58,650 nt of DNA from Anaerolineae bacterium (GTDB taxonomy: Bacteria > Chloroflexota > Anaerolineae > UBA1429), in the NCBI GenBank assembly GCA_007132185.1, contig SLPC01000188.1:1-58650 (forward strand), given 5' to 3'. Within the stretch, counting starts at the first letter, position 1. Each line of letters opens with the position of its first letter. Position numbers and translations under genes: made by a program. The notes beneath the pieces are model-generated. The model was not told the DNA's origin. It was given only the letters and a program-made list of their open reading frames with translations, and made no database searches. Of this stretch, positions 19,647-27,965 are shown piece after piece.

Positions 19647-19766
19647 GAACGCACCAGGTATAGGGGTAGGCACAAGAGCCTACCCCTATACCTGTCTGCC
19701 CACCGCCCGTAGGTATCCACGGGGGAATGCCCCAGGTGCGTTCCACATCGTGGGGGAACCCCCTAC
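19647..19766. repeat. Nested palindromes / REP-like element between convergent genes
   Basis: Perfect 17-bp inverted repeat CAGGTATAGGGGTAGGC-acaaga-GCCTACCCCTATACCTG (19655-19694), flanked by an outer 9-bp pair GAACGCACC / GGTGCGTTC (19647-19655, 19735-19743). Confidence 0.6.
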
Positions 19767-20995
19767 AGGGGCCAGTCTACATGGGGCTCGGGCAGACGCA
19801 GAACTCTGTCGAGGGCGTCAATCAGGCTACCGGGGCCGCGCAGGCCGTCGCTGACGGCCAGGCCGCTGGCGGGTCGCACGCCCAGCCAGAGCCGGCTAAA
19901 GGCATTCACGGTAGCCTCTAGCGTGGGCAAGGCGGGATCGTGCCCAGGGCACGCCGATGAGGTCTCGGCCAGCGCGATGACATAGTCGCCCGCGACGCCT
20001 CGCCAGGGTGCATCCTCGGGCAGGTAATCGGCAATGGGGTCGGTGAGTGCAAGGTTAAAGGCCAGCGCATCGCCACAGACCGTGGTGGCTGCCAGGCAGC
20101 GCTCCATGTCCAGGATGCGGCACTGCCACCAGGCGCTGCCCCGGACGCCCGTCTCCCAGTTGGTGTGCCGGGTCATGCGCGATTGCTTGAACGGTTGCTC
20201 TACCAGGTCCTGAAACATTATATGCGCCGGTTCCTGCATAGTGACACGCAGCACCTGATCGCCCAGGGATTTGATGACGCCGAGGAGGTCCAGAAACTGC
20301 TCTCCGGTCTGGTAAGCCATCCAGCGCACATGGTACGGTCCCCGGCCTGCGTTCTCTGCCAGCAACCAGACATAGTGAGAGATGGCATCGTCTGGTCCAT
20401 CACAAAAGCCCAGCCCAAAGCCTTTTGGCCCATCTTCGAGGGTCTCTGCGCGGGTGATGATCGCGGGCGTCAGGCTGACCGCGCCGTGGCCAAGGCGACG
20501 TCGGAGGCGGGCCTGGTGCAGTTTCTTCCAGTCTTCTGCGGCAAACCGTTTTGGAATGCGTGGGCGGCCCTGTATCATGAGGCGAGCCGGATCAAAGCTG
20601 ATCTGATGTTCGTAGCTGCCGGTACCCATGCCCAAGCGATTGTAAAAGCCCTGCTCGAACATGCCCAAACCGGCGATGGCATCGCCTGCAGCGGCCCGTT
20701 CGGCGATGGCGCGGGCCGTGAGCCGCGTGGCAAACCCCTGCCGGCGCACGACACGGCTGGTGGCCACAGCAGCGACGGCGCACAGAGGCAGCATGTCATC
20801 TAGATACCGCGCCGTGCCGGGTGCGGTCAATACCAGACACTCGGCCTGGCCGTTCACCTCGGCCACATGGGCCTGGATCGCTCCGATATAGAGATCGATA
20901 ATCTCCTCCTGGCCCGGGCGCAGCCAGCCGATCTCGCGCCAGATGCGCCGCACGGCATCCTGGTCGCGCTCTGGATCATATGCGCGAAAGAGCAT
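19763..20995 (-). CDS. Eis-like GNAT acetyltransferase with an SCP2-like C-terminus
   Basis: Acetyl-CoA motif VATSRVVRRQGFATRL and GFYNRLG, about 410 aa. ATG at 20995 after GGAAAGGA. Confidence 0.8.
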   Translation of the reverse strand: MLFRAYDPERDQDAVRRIWREIGWLRPGQEEIIDLYIGAIQAHVAEVNGQAECLVLTAPGTARYLDDMLPLCAVAAVATSRVVRRQGFATRLTARAIAERAAAGDAIAGLGMFEQGFYNRLGMGTGSYEHQISFDPARLMIQGRPRIPKRFAAEDWKKLHQARLRRRLGHGAVSLTPAIITRAETLEDGPKGFGLGFCDGPDDAISHYVWLLAENAGRGPYHVRWMAYQTGEQFLDLLGVIKSLGDQVLRVTMQEPAHIMFQDLVEQPFKQSRMTRHTNWETGVRGSAWWQCRILDMERCLAATTVCGDALAFNLALTDPIADYLPEDAPWRGVAGDYVIALAETSSACPGHDPALPTLEATVNAFSRLWLGVRPASGLAVSDGLRGPGSLIDALDRVLRLPEPHVDWPL

Positions 20996-21105
20996 GTCTC
21001 TGTCCTTTCCCTGGGTCACTTGCCAACCGGAATTGTACCGATAGGCAGCTCCTCTGTCCAACGAGGTTGCGCTGGCCAAGCGTCTCGGTCAGGCAGGGTG
21101 ACGGT

Positions 21106-21134
21106 TTGACGTGGCTGCATAGGGTTTCTACAAT
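21106..21134 (+). promoter_or_regulatory. Sigma70-type promoter for the URO-D-like gene and purO
   Basis: TTGACG-17 bp-TACAAT, near consensus. Confidence 0.7.
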
Positions 21135-21170
21135 GCGACCACGGAACTGGACGGGCAATGAGGTGGAAAA

Positions 21171-22229
21171 ATGGCTCGTGAAACAATGACCTCCCGAGAG
21201 CGGTGGCAGGCTGTTCTGCAGCGCCGCACGCCAGACCGGATGCCGATGGACTATTGGGCCACCGAGGAGGCCGATGCTCTACTCAAGGGGCACCTGGGCG
21301 TCGCGGATGACCGGGCGCTCTTGGAGCGACTGCACATCGATCGGCCATTTACCGTCACGCCCGAATATGTGGGCCCTACCGTCCCCGATGACCGGGATGT
21401 CTTTGGGATCACGTACCGCGATGTGGACTATGGCGGGGGCGTTTACCGCGAGGCGGTGACCAACCCGCTGGCGGCGTATGGCAGCATCGACGAGATCGAG
21501 GCCAACTATGTCTGGCCGGACCCCGATTGGTGGCGCTATGACCATCTGCCTGCCCAGATCGTGGGCCATGAAAAGGAGCCGCTGCGGGGCGGCGGCTCGG
21601 AGCCCTTTTTGGTCTACAAGAACCTGCGGGGTCAGGAGCAGGCATTCATGGACCTGCTCCTCAATCCCGAGATCGTTCACTTTTGTCTCGACAAGCTGTT
21701 TGACCTGGCATATCAGAACACGCTCCGCATCTATGAGGCGATCCCGGGCCAGGTGATGATCACCTATGTGGCCGAGGACATGGGCAGCCAGGAGAGCCTG
21801 CTCTTTTCGCCCAAGCAGATCCACGAGTTCTTGCTGCCACGCATGCAGCGCATGATGGACTTGGCCCACGAGGCCGGCGCCCATGTCTTTTTCCACAGCG
21901 ACGGCGCCGTCCGTCCCATCCTGCCCGACCTGATCGCCGCTGGGATCGATCTGCTCAACCCGATCCAGTGGCGCTGCCAGGGCATGGAGCGCGAGGCCCT
22001 CAAGCGTGATTTTGGAGATCAGGTGGTGCTTCACGGCGGCGTCGACAACCAGTATACCCTGGCCTTTGGCACAGTGGACGAGGTGCGCCAGGAGGTGCTG
22101 GACAACATCCGCATCCTGGGCGCGGGGGGAGGCTATGTGCTCGCCCCGTGCCACAACATCCAGGCCATCAGCCCGCCCGAGAATATCGTCGCCATGTACG
22201 AGACGGGCTATGAGCACGGCTGGCTGTAG
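21171..22229 (+). CDS. Uroporphyrinogen-decarboxylase-like / MtaA-CmuA-type family protein
   Basis: MTSRER...PDRMP, EDMGSQ, FHSDG, LNPIQ, GGVDNQ, GGYVLAPCHNIQ...PPENIVAM. Confidence 0.85.
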   Translation: MARETMTSRERWQAVLQRRTPDRMPMDYWATEEADALLKGHLGVADDRALLERLHIDRPFTVTPEYVGPTVPDDRDVFGITYRDVDYGGGVYREAVTNPLAAYGSIDEIEANYVWPDPDWWRYDHLPAQIVGHEKEPLRGGGSEPFLVYKNLRGQEQAFMDLLLNPEIVHFCLDKLFDLAYQNTLRIYEAIPGQVMITYVAEDMGSQESLLFSPKQIHEFLLPRMQRMMDLAHEAGAHVFFHSDGAVRPILPDLIAAGIDLLNPIQWRCQGMEREALKRDFGDQVVLHGGVDNQYTLAFGTVDEVRQEVLDNIRILGAGGGYVLAPCHNIQAISPPENIVAMYETGYEHGWL

Positions 22230-22261
22230 CATCTCTACGCATTCTTACAAGGAAGGATCGT

Positions 22262-22864
22262 ATGTACATCGGAAGGTTTGTTGTGCTGGGCATCACGCAA
22301 CGTGGGCAACGGTTTCTGGGCTATCGCGTGTCATCCCGCTCCTTTCCCGATCGCCGCATCGTGGCGCGCGAGGATCGGGCGGCGGTGCTGCCTACCGAGG
22401 ATGCGGCGCCCAGCGACAACCCCTATATCGCCTACAACTGCCTGCGCACCAGCGGCGATACCGTGGTGGTGGCCAACGGGAGCCATGTCGACCCGATCAT
22501 CGACAAGGTGAGGGCAGGATTCCCGTTGCGCGATGCCATGGCGCTCTCGCTATTGGCCCTCGACTATGAGCACGATGACTATAGCACGCCCCGCATCGTG
22601 GCCGGCTGGGAGCGCGAGGCGGGCTATCTGGGGATCGTGACACCGGAAAAGCTCGTGGTGCGCGCCATCCCTCTCGAGCCAGGTGAGGCGCGGCTGATCG
22701 CGACCTATGAGCTCACCGAAGCGACCGAGCTCGTGTTCGAGGGTGTGACGGCTGAGGCGCTGGCAGAGGCGGTGTATCATGCTCCCTACGAGCATCCTGT
22801 GGCGGCGCTGGCGACTGTCGTGGAGGACACAGTTTCGATGGCTGTCATTGGCCCGGAGGCGTAA
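22262..22864 (+). CDS. purO: Archaeal-type IMP cyclohydrolase
   Basis: MYIGRF, YRVSSRSFPDR, NPYIAYNC, VVANGSHVDPI, DAMALSLLALDYEHDDYSTPRI; about 200 aa like PurO. Confidence 0.88.
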   Translation: MYIGRFVVLGITQRGQRFLGYRVSSRSFPDRRIVAREDRAAVLPTEDAAPSDNPYIAYNCLRTSGDTVVVANGSHVDPIIDKVRAGFPLRDAMALSLLALDYEHDDYSTPRIVAGWEREAGYLGIVTPEKLVVRAIPLEPGEARLIATYELTEATELVFEGVTAEALAEAVYHAPYEHPVAALATVVEDTVSMAVIGPEA

Positions 22865-22890
22865 GCGCTACGCATTGGGCCAAGCCGGGT

Positions 22891-22919
22891 TTTGCGCTGG
22901 ATTTCCGGCATGTTATACT
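22891..22919 (+). promoter_or_regulatory. Promoter for the carD-like gene
   Basis: Extended -10 TGTTATACT with a TTGCGC-like -35. Confidence 0.5.
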
Positions 22920-23067
22920 AGAGACGTCCGTTTCTTACCAAACTGGAATCTATAGCCTCTGCGGCAGACCCATACTCGTGTGCGTCAATATCACCAGACT
23001 GCATTGAGGCGATCCGGCGTCGCGCCGAGCTTGTGAGGTCGGCTGCAGGATACGGGAGGCGACAGTA

Positions 23068-23577
23068 ATGTTTCTCAAAGGCAGCAAGGTCGTTCATCCG
23101 TTCTATGGGGCGGGCACCATTGTCGAGATACAGGAAAAGAGCATTGGCGAATCATCCCACGCCTACTATATCATCGACACGGTGTCGCGCCCCATGCAGC
23201 TTATGGTGCCCGTAAATCGCGCCGAAGATGTCAACCTGCGCCCCGTGGCGCCTGCGCCCGAGTTGCGCAACGATCTCGAGATCTGTTGTGCGCCCCCTGC
23301 CGCTTCCGAAATCAGCAAGGACCTGCGCGCACGGCAGGCCAAGATGCGCGAGCAGCTCAAGTCAGGGGCCTTTGACCAGATCGCCAACGTCACGCGGGTG
23401 CTCTATTTCATGAGCACCCGCCGCCCCCTGGGGACGGTGGACCGCCAGTTGCTGGAGCAGGGCAAAGACCTGCTGGCCGGCGAGCTGGCGCTGGCCTCCT
23501 GTGTGGATGTAGACCAGGCCAAGCAAGAGGTCGAGGATCGGCTCATGGCCATGCTCGACGCCCTGGAAGAAGAGTAG
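23068..23577 (+). CDS. CarD-family RNA polymerase-binding regulator
   Basis: GSKVVHPFYGAGTI, YYII, LMVPV...LR, REQLKSG, LAGELALA. Confidence 0.88.
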   Translation: MFLKGSKVVHPFYGAGTIVEIQEKSIGESSHAYYIIDTVSRPMQLMVPVNRAEDVNLRPVAPAPELRNDLEICCAPPAASEISKDLRARQAKMREQLKSGAFDQIANVTRVLYFMSTRRPLGTVDRQLLEQGKDLLAGELALASCVDVDQAKQEVEDRLMAMLDALEEE

Positions 23578-23590
23578 CTCGCCTGATCAG

Positions 23591-23624
23591 AATCCCGCGC
23601 TTGCCCAAGGAGCGCGGGATTTTT
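23591..23624 (+). terminator. Rho-independent terminator after carD
   Basis: AATCCCGCGCT-9 nt-AGCGCGGGATT followed by TTT. Confidence 0.8.
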
Positions 23625-23717
23625 CGTGTCGGGAGCGCTGAGCATCAGACCCATCAATCCCTGGTCGGTCCGACGCTCCTTTGCCTCAGGCTCACAAAGG
23701 GCTGGCGTCTACCGCGC

Positions 23718-24077
23718 TCAACCCGCCTTACGCGCTATGGGCCGCTTGAGCAGGCCCACGACAACGCCGACGATCACGCCAAAGAGCACCGCCGCCCGCA
23801 GGTCGAATAGCACCGTGGCATCGCCGCTGATCTGTCCGGCGATGGCGACGCCGACGCTGCCCTCTTCCACTCTGACGCTGTCGGCCACGGCGACGGCGAT
23901 GCCACCCTTTTTCACCGTCACCATGTCGCTGGTGGCCAGGGCGATACCACCCTGGTTCACCTCGATGTAGCGCGCCTCGGCGTGTTGGATCTGGCCATGG
24001 GAGAACTGGAGCTCTCTTGCCTGCACCTGGTTGGGTGGCGTTTCCGGTGTCGTGTGTATCTGGCTGTCACTTGTCAT
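23718..24077 (-). CDS. Hypothetical protein with 15-aa repeats and a C-terminal membrane anchor
   Basis: IQHAEARYIEVNQGG / IALATSDMVTVKKGG / IAVAVADSVRVEEGS periodicity, then a hydrophobic helix and a basic tail. ATG at 24077. Confidence 0.65.
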   Translation of the reverse strand: MTSDSQIHTTPETPPNQVQARELQFSHGQIQHAEARYIEVNQGGIALATSDMVTVKKGGIAVAVADSVRVEEGSVGVAIAGQISGDATVLFDLRAAVLFGVIVGVVVGLLKRPIARKAG

Positions 24078-24257
24078 AATAGAATTGCTCTCTTTCTGTC
24101 TCGACTGTTGCTCTGACCCAGGCCGAGACATGGGTCATGGTGGCGGCCAAGGCGCCGCTTGTTACGCCGCCGCGAACATGGTCGTCACCCAACGGTAACA
24201 GATGTCGCCCGATGCCCCCCGGTACCGCCTGTACAAACCGACGGCTCGACTCTGCTC

Positions 24258-24806
24258 TCAGGCCCAATACTGGCGCGGCCAGTTGTCGTCGGCCAGGCCA
24301 AGGGCGCCGCGCAGGAGCCAGATCTGCCGGATGTGCGACATGGTATGGTAAATCGTGCGCATGTAAAAGTCGGCCCGTACCCTCTTGGGCAGGGGCAGGT
24401 CAAGCGGTTCTGCAGGCCATTCGGCGTCAACGCCATCCAGGATCTCGAAAACCCGCTCAGTGATCTGGTGCAGCAGCGACAACAGCTCTGCCTTGGAGGG
24501 GAATGAGGCTCCCGGATAAGGACGGGGCCGCGGACTGCCGCGCCACAACTCCCACTGCGCCGCAGGATCAAAGCGCCGTTCTCCCGTCTGAACTCCTATT
24601 GCGTTAGCATCCAGATTATCCAGACAGTGCATCAGAATCCATGCGATATTATTGCGCCCGGGAACAGGAAAAGCTACGAGCTGATCGTCAGACAGGTCGT
24701 AAAAAGCTTCCTCAAGGGCTGTGAGGGCCTCATCGAGACCGATCATGATCGCTTGCCTGAGATCGGTTTCTCGAGCGTTCCTGATTCCGCGTTCTCGGAT
24801 GTTCAT
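24258..24806 (-). CDS. DinB/YfiT-superfamily protein
   Basis: NNIAWILMHC and C-terminal IYHTMSHIRQI (His triad). ATG at 24806 after AAGGAG. Confidence 0.8.
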   Translation of the reverse strand: MNIRERGIRNARETDLRQAIMIGLDEALTALEEAFYDLSDDQLVAFPVPGRNNIAWILMHCLDNLDANAIGVQTGERRFDPAAQWELWRGSPRPRPYPGASFPSKAELLSLLHQITERVFEILDGVDAEWPAEPLDLPLPKRVRADFYMRTIYHTMSHIRQIWLLRGALGLADDNWPRQYWA

Positions 24807-24877
24807 GACAGCTCCTTTCCGAGCCGGGGAGCCCCGTTGGGCATGCTTGTCTCGTACCACCCAGCGTAACGGGACTC

Positions 24878-26329
24878 TTACGCCACCTCGAACATGGTTG
24901 TCATCCAGTGGTAGAAATTGTCGCCTGAGGCCACCAAGTGGTCGTACAGGCGCTGCATCAACGGGCGCCGGATCCCGCCATAGGCCGGGTCGTCGATGCG
25001 GTTATGCAGCTCGTAGGGGTCTACGGCCAGGTCATAGAGCTCGTTCACATCGGGCGGGTTGACCACCAGCTTGTAGCGAAGGGTGCGGATGCCCCGCTGG
25101 GGATAGGGAAAGTGGTGACCGTGGAACTGGAGGAACACCGCGTCGGGCCAGTCGCGGGGCGCTTCGCCTTCCAGCAGGGGCCGGATGCTTTGCCCGGCCA
25201 CATGCCCCGGCGTGGGCACCCCGGCAATATCGAGGAAGGTGGGCATCAGGTCCATGAGGGTCAGCATCTCGTAGCAGATGCCACCCGACGGCGTGTGCCC
25301 CGGCCAGCGGGCCAGCATCGGGATGCGGTAGATGTCGTCGTACATCATGGGGCCCTTGTCGCTCAGGCGATGATTGCCCACAAAGCCGCCGTGGTCGGTG
25401 CTAAAGAAGAGGGCGGTGTCGTCGCGCAGGCCCAGGTCGTCCACCGCCTGCAGGATGCGCCCGATCTGCTCGTCAATCAGCGTGACATAACCCCAGAACA
25501 TGGCCGTGAGCTTTTGCCATGTCTCCCAGGAGTAGCTGTCAAAGGCCCAGTGCTGCGAGTACCATTCGTGCACCTGGGGTTTGTCGTCGAAATCCTCTTG
25601 CATACTGGGGTGCGGGTGCACGTCGCCGGGGTCGTACAGGTCGGCGTACTCTTGCGGGAGATAGTAGGGCAGGTGGGGACCGAAAAAGTCGGTGCGCAAA
25701 AAGAACGGTTGCCCCTTGTCATGATAGCCCAGCGCGTACTCCTGTAGGCGCTCGATGGTGCGCTCGGCGAGAAAGTAGGGGTAGGTGCCCTCCACCGGGC
25801 CCTCATAGATGCCGCCGATGGCGATGGATGGCTTGCCGTTGGGAAAGGTACCATGGATCTCGTCGCGCACCGACCAGCGCGGCAGGGCATGCTCCTCCAG
25901 GTACGCCTCATAGGCGGGGTGCTGCTTGGGCGCATCCCAACCGGGCAGGTGCGTGCCCTCAAAGCCATACTCCTCGGGTCCCTTGCGCAGGCCCAAGTGC
26001 CACTTGCCCACGACCCCGCACCGGTAGCCGGCCTCTGACAGATAGTGGCTAAAGGGGATCAGTCCCTCGGGCATCTCCCAGGGGTAGCCCACATTGCGCT
26101 CAAAGTTGGCCAACATGCCATGGGCGTGGGGCTCGAGGCCCGTGAGCAGCGTGGCTCGCACGGCGGTGCAGATGGCGGTATTGGTGTAGGCGTGGTCAAA
26201 GCGCACGCCCTCGGCCGCAATCTGATCACAGTTTGGCGTACGACAGACGGGCGCGCCGTAGCACCCCAGCGAATCGCGCCGCTGCTGGTCGGTCATGAGC
26301 AACAGGATATTGTGCCGCCGCTCGGCCAT
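24878..26329 (-). CDS. Sulfatase (formylglycine-type, CxAxR variant)
   Basis: NILLLMTDQQR, CTAVRATLLTG, GKWHLG, GPHLPY, STDHG, DKGPMMY, ELYDLAVDPYE. Confidence 0.92.
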   Translation of the reverse strand: MAERRHNILLLMTDQQRRDSLGCYGAPVCRTPNCDQIAAEGVRFDHAYTNTAICTAVRATLLTGLEPHAHGMLANFERNVGYPWEMPEGLIPFSHYLSEAGYRCGVVGKWHLGLRKGPEEYGFEGTHLPGWDAPKQHPAYEAYLEEHALPRWSVRDEIHGTFPNGKPSIAIGGIYEGPVEGTYPYFLAERTIERLQEYALGYHDKGQPFFLRTDFFGPHLPYYLPQEYADLYDPGDVHPHPSMQEDFDDKPQVHEWYSQHWAFDSYSWETWQKLTAMFWGYVTLIDEQIGRILQAVDDLGLRDDTALFFSTDHGGFVGNHRLSDKGPMMYDDIYRIPMLARWPGHTPSGGICYEMLTLMDLMPTFLDIAGVPTPGHVAGQSIRPLLEGEAPRDWPDAVFLQFHGHHFPYPQRGIRTLRYKLVVNPPDVNELYDLAVDPYELHNRIDDPAYGGIRRPLMQRLYDHLVASGDNFYHWMTTMFEVA

Positions 26330-26409
26330 GAGCGCCTCCTTTGGTGCAAGTGATCTTGGACGGCGCAGGGCCTGGCCCCATGCGGATAGGTCGCCCTCGA
26401 ACGGGAAAG

Positions 26410-27864
26410 CTATTCGCTGTCCCCCATCACGAGGATCACGCCCAGGTCCTGCAGGCCGGTGCTCTGCGTAGCCAGTATGCCGCTATCCAGCGCCAGCAGA
26501 GCCGGGGTAGCGTCGTGACGCTTGAGAGTTGCTCCCAGATCCACATTCCGCTCCTGCGCCTCGGCCATAGTATAGCCATCGACGATCCCACCCGCCAGCG
26601 TGGGAATGTGCTCGGCGCCGGGGGTATATTGCGCCCCGGGGCCATCGGTGCCGTCGGTGTCAACGGCGCCCATGACGATCCGCTGATTGCCGGCGATCTC
26701 CTGAGCCGCCGCCAGGGCCCACTCCTGATTGCGGCCGCCGATGCCCGACTGTTGCCCCACAGTCACCAGCAGCTCGCCGCCGGTGATCAGCGCCACGGGC
26801 GCTTTAAATGGGTGCGCGCTCTTGGCGATGGTCTTGGCGATGGCGGCGGCATAGCGCCCGGCGTGAGCCGCCTCGACGCCCAGGCCTGTGGCCAGCAGCA
26901 CAGGCTGGTAGCCCAGCTCTTGGGCGCGCTTGCGAGGGGTCACCCAGCGGCCTTCCTCTTCGTGGAACATGCCAAAAATGCGGTGGGGGAACTCGAGGTA
27001 TTGCTCGGGCTTGATCGTCTCAAAGGCCGGGTCAGCCCGCAGCAGGTTGTCGCGCACCGACTCGGGCACGGCCTCCCAGGCATCCCACTTTTTCAGATTG
27101 TCGATGGCGTCGGCATAAGTGGAGCAATCGGGAAAGCTGTGCACCCAGGTGTTCTCATAGATCAACTCTTGCCAGGGGCGCGGCTCTTTGGCCAGTAGGT
27201 GTATGGCGCACGCGGGCAGCAGATGGGCAGCAAAGCGCCCTCCTTTGAGGACATCCAGATGGTTGCGGATGGGAGAGAGGTCGCTGGTAGGGACGCCGCG
27301 TTCGATCTGCAGCATATAGACGGTGCGCCGCACATCCTCCAGGCTCACGCCCGGCGCGGGCAGCGTCAGCAGCGAGGAAAATCCGCTCGCGCCCACGGTG
27401 AACACCAGGTCGTCGGCGGTCAAGCCCTGAGTCATCTCCAGGATGCGTCGGCTCCCCCGTACGCAGTCCTCGTCAGGGACAGGATGCGAGCCCAGGGTGA
27501 CCTCGATGCGTTTGAGATACGCGGGGTCGCCGCCCTTCTTGTCAATGATATGGCCGCCTGCGAGGCGATCTCCCAGGATCTCTTCCAGGGCTTGTGCCGC
27601 ACGCTGGACGCCCTTGCCGGCGCCAAACACCCAGATGCGGCCCAGCGTGGAGAGATCATACGCGTCAGTGCCGCTCCAGGGCGAGCCCAGCGGATCAAAG
27701 GCCGGGTTGCCCACCAGCAATCGATTGGCCTCCACGCGCACCAACTTGTGTACATTGTGATAGGGGTCCGCAGCCTGCAGCCCCGCCTCGATGATCTCCA
27801 TGACCGCTCGGCGGCCGCCGACGTTGCCGTGCGACACCAAGGTCTCTAGGTTTCTGACGCCCAT
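26410..27864 (-). CDS. MOFRL/DUF4147 glycerate 2-kinase-like protein (divergent)
   Basis: GAGKG, SHPVPD, RNHLDVLKGGR, TGGE, GGRNQE, DTDGTDG, AGGIVD. ATG at 27864 after GGAGGAG. Confidence 0.85.
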   Translation of the reverse strand: MGVRNLETLVSHGNVGGRRAVMEIIEAGLQAADPYHNVHKLVRVEANRLLVGNPAFDPLGSPWSGTDAYDLSTLGRIWVFGAGKGVQRAAQALEEILGDRLAGGHIIDKKGGDPAYLKRIEVTLGSHPVPDEDCVRGSRRILEMTQGLTADDLVFTVGASGFSSLLTLPAPGVSLEDVRRTVYMLQIERGVPTSDLSPIRNHLDVLKGGRFAAHLLPACAIHLLAKEPRPWQELIYENTWVHSFPDCSTYADAIDNLKKWDAWEAVPESVRDNLLRADPAFETIKPEQYLEFPHRIFGMFHEEEGRWVTPRKRAQELGYQPVLLATGLGVEAAHAGRYAAAIAKTIAKSAHPFKAPVALITGGELLVTVGQQSGIGGRNQEWALAAAQEIAGNQRIVMGAVDTDGTDGPGAQYTPGAEHIPTLAGGIVDGYTMAEAQERNVDLGATLKRHDATPALLALDSGILATQSTGLQDLGVILVMGDSE

Positions 27865-27965
27865 GCCTGTCTGCTCCTCCGTTGGATACACGCTGGGTTG
27901 GCGCAATCGACGCCGGGCCGATCAGAGATCCCAACACCGATCGCATCATGGTCGATTGGTGACGT

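Noticed and set aside
21171-22229. Calling this gene hemE
   Set aside because: The motifs fit the broad URO-D-like/methyltransferase family expanded in anaerobes, and there is no heme gene context.
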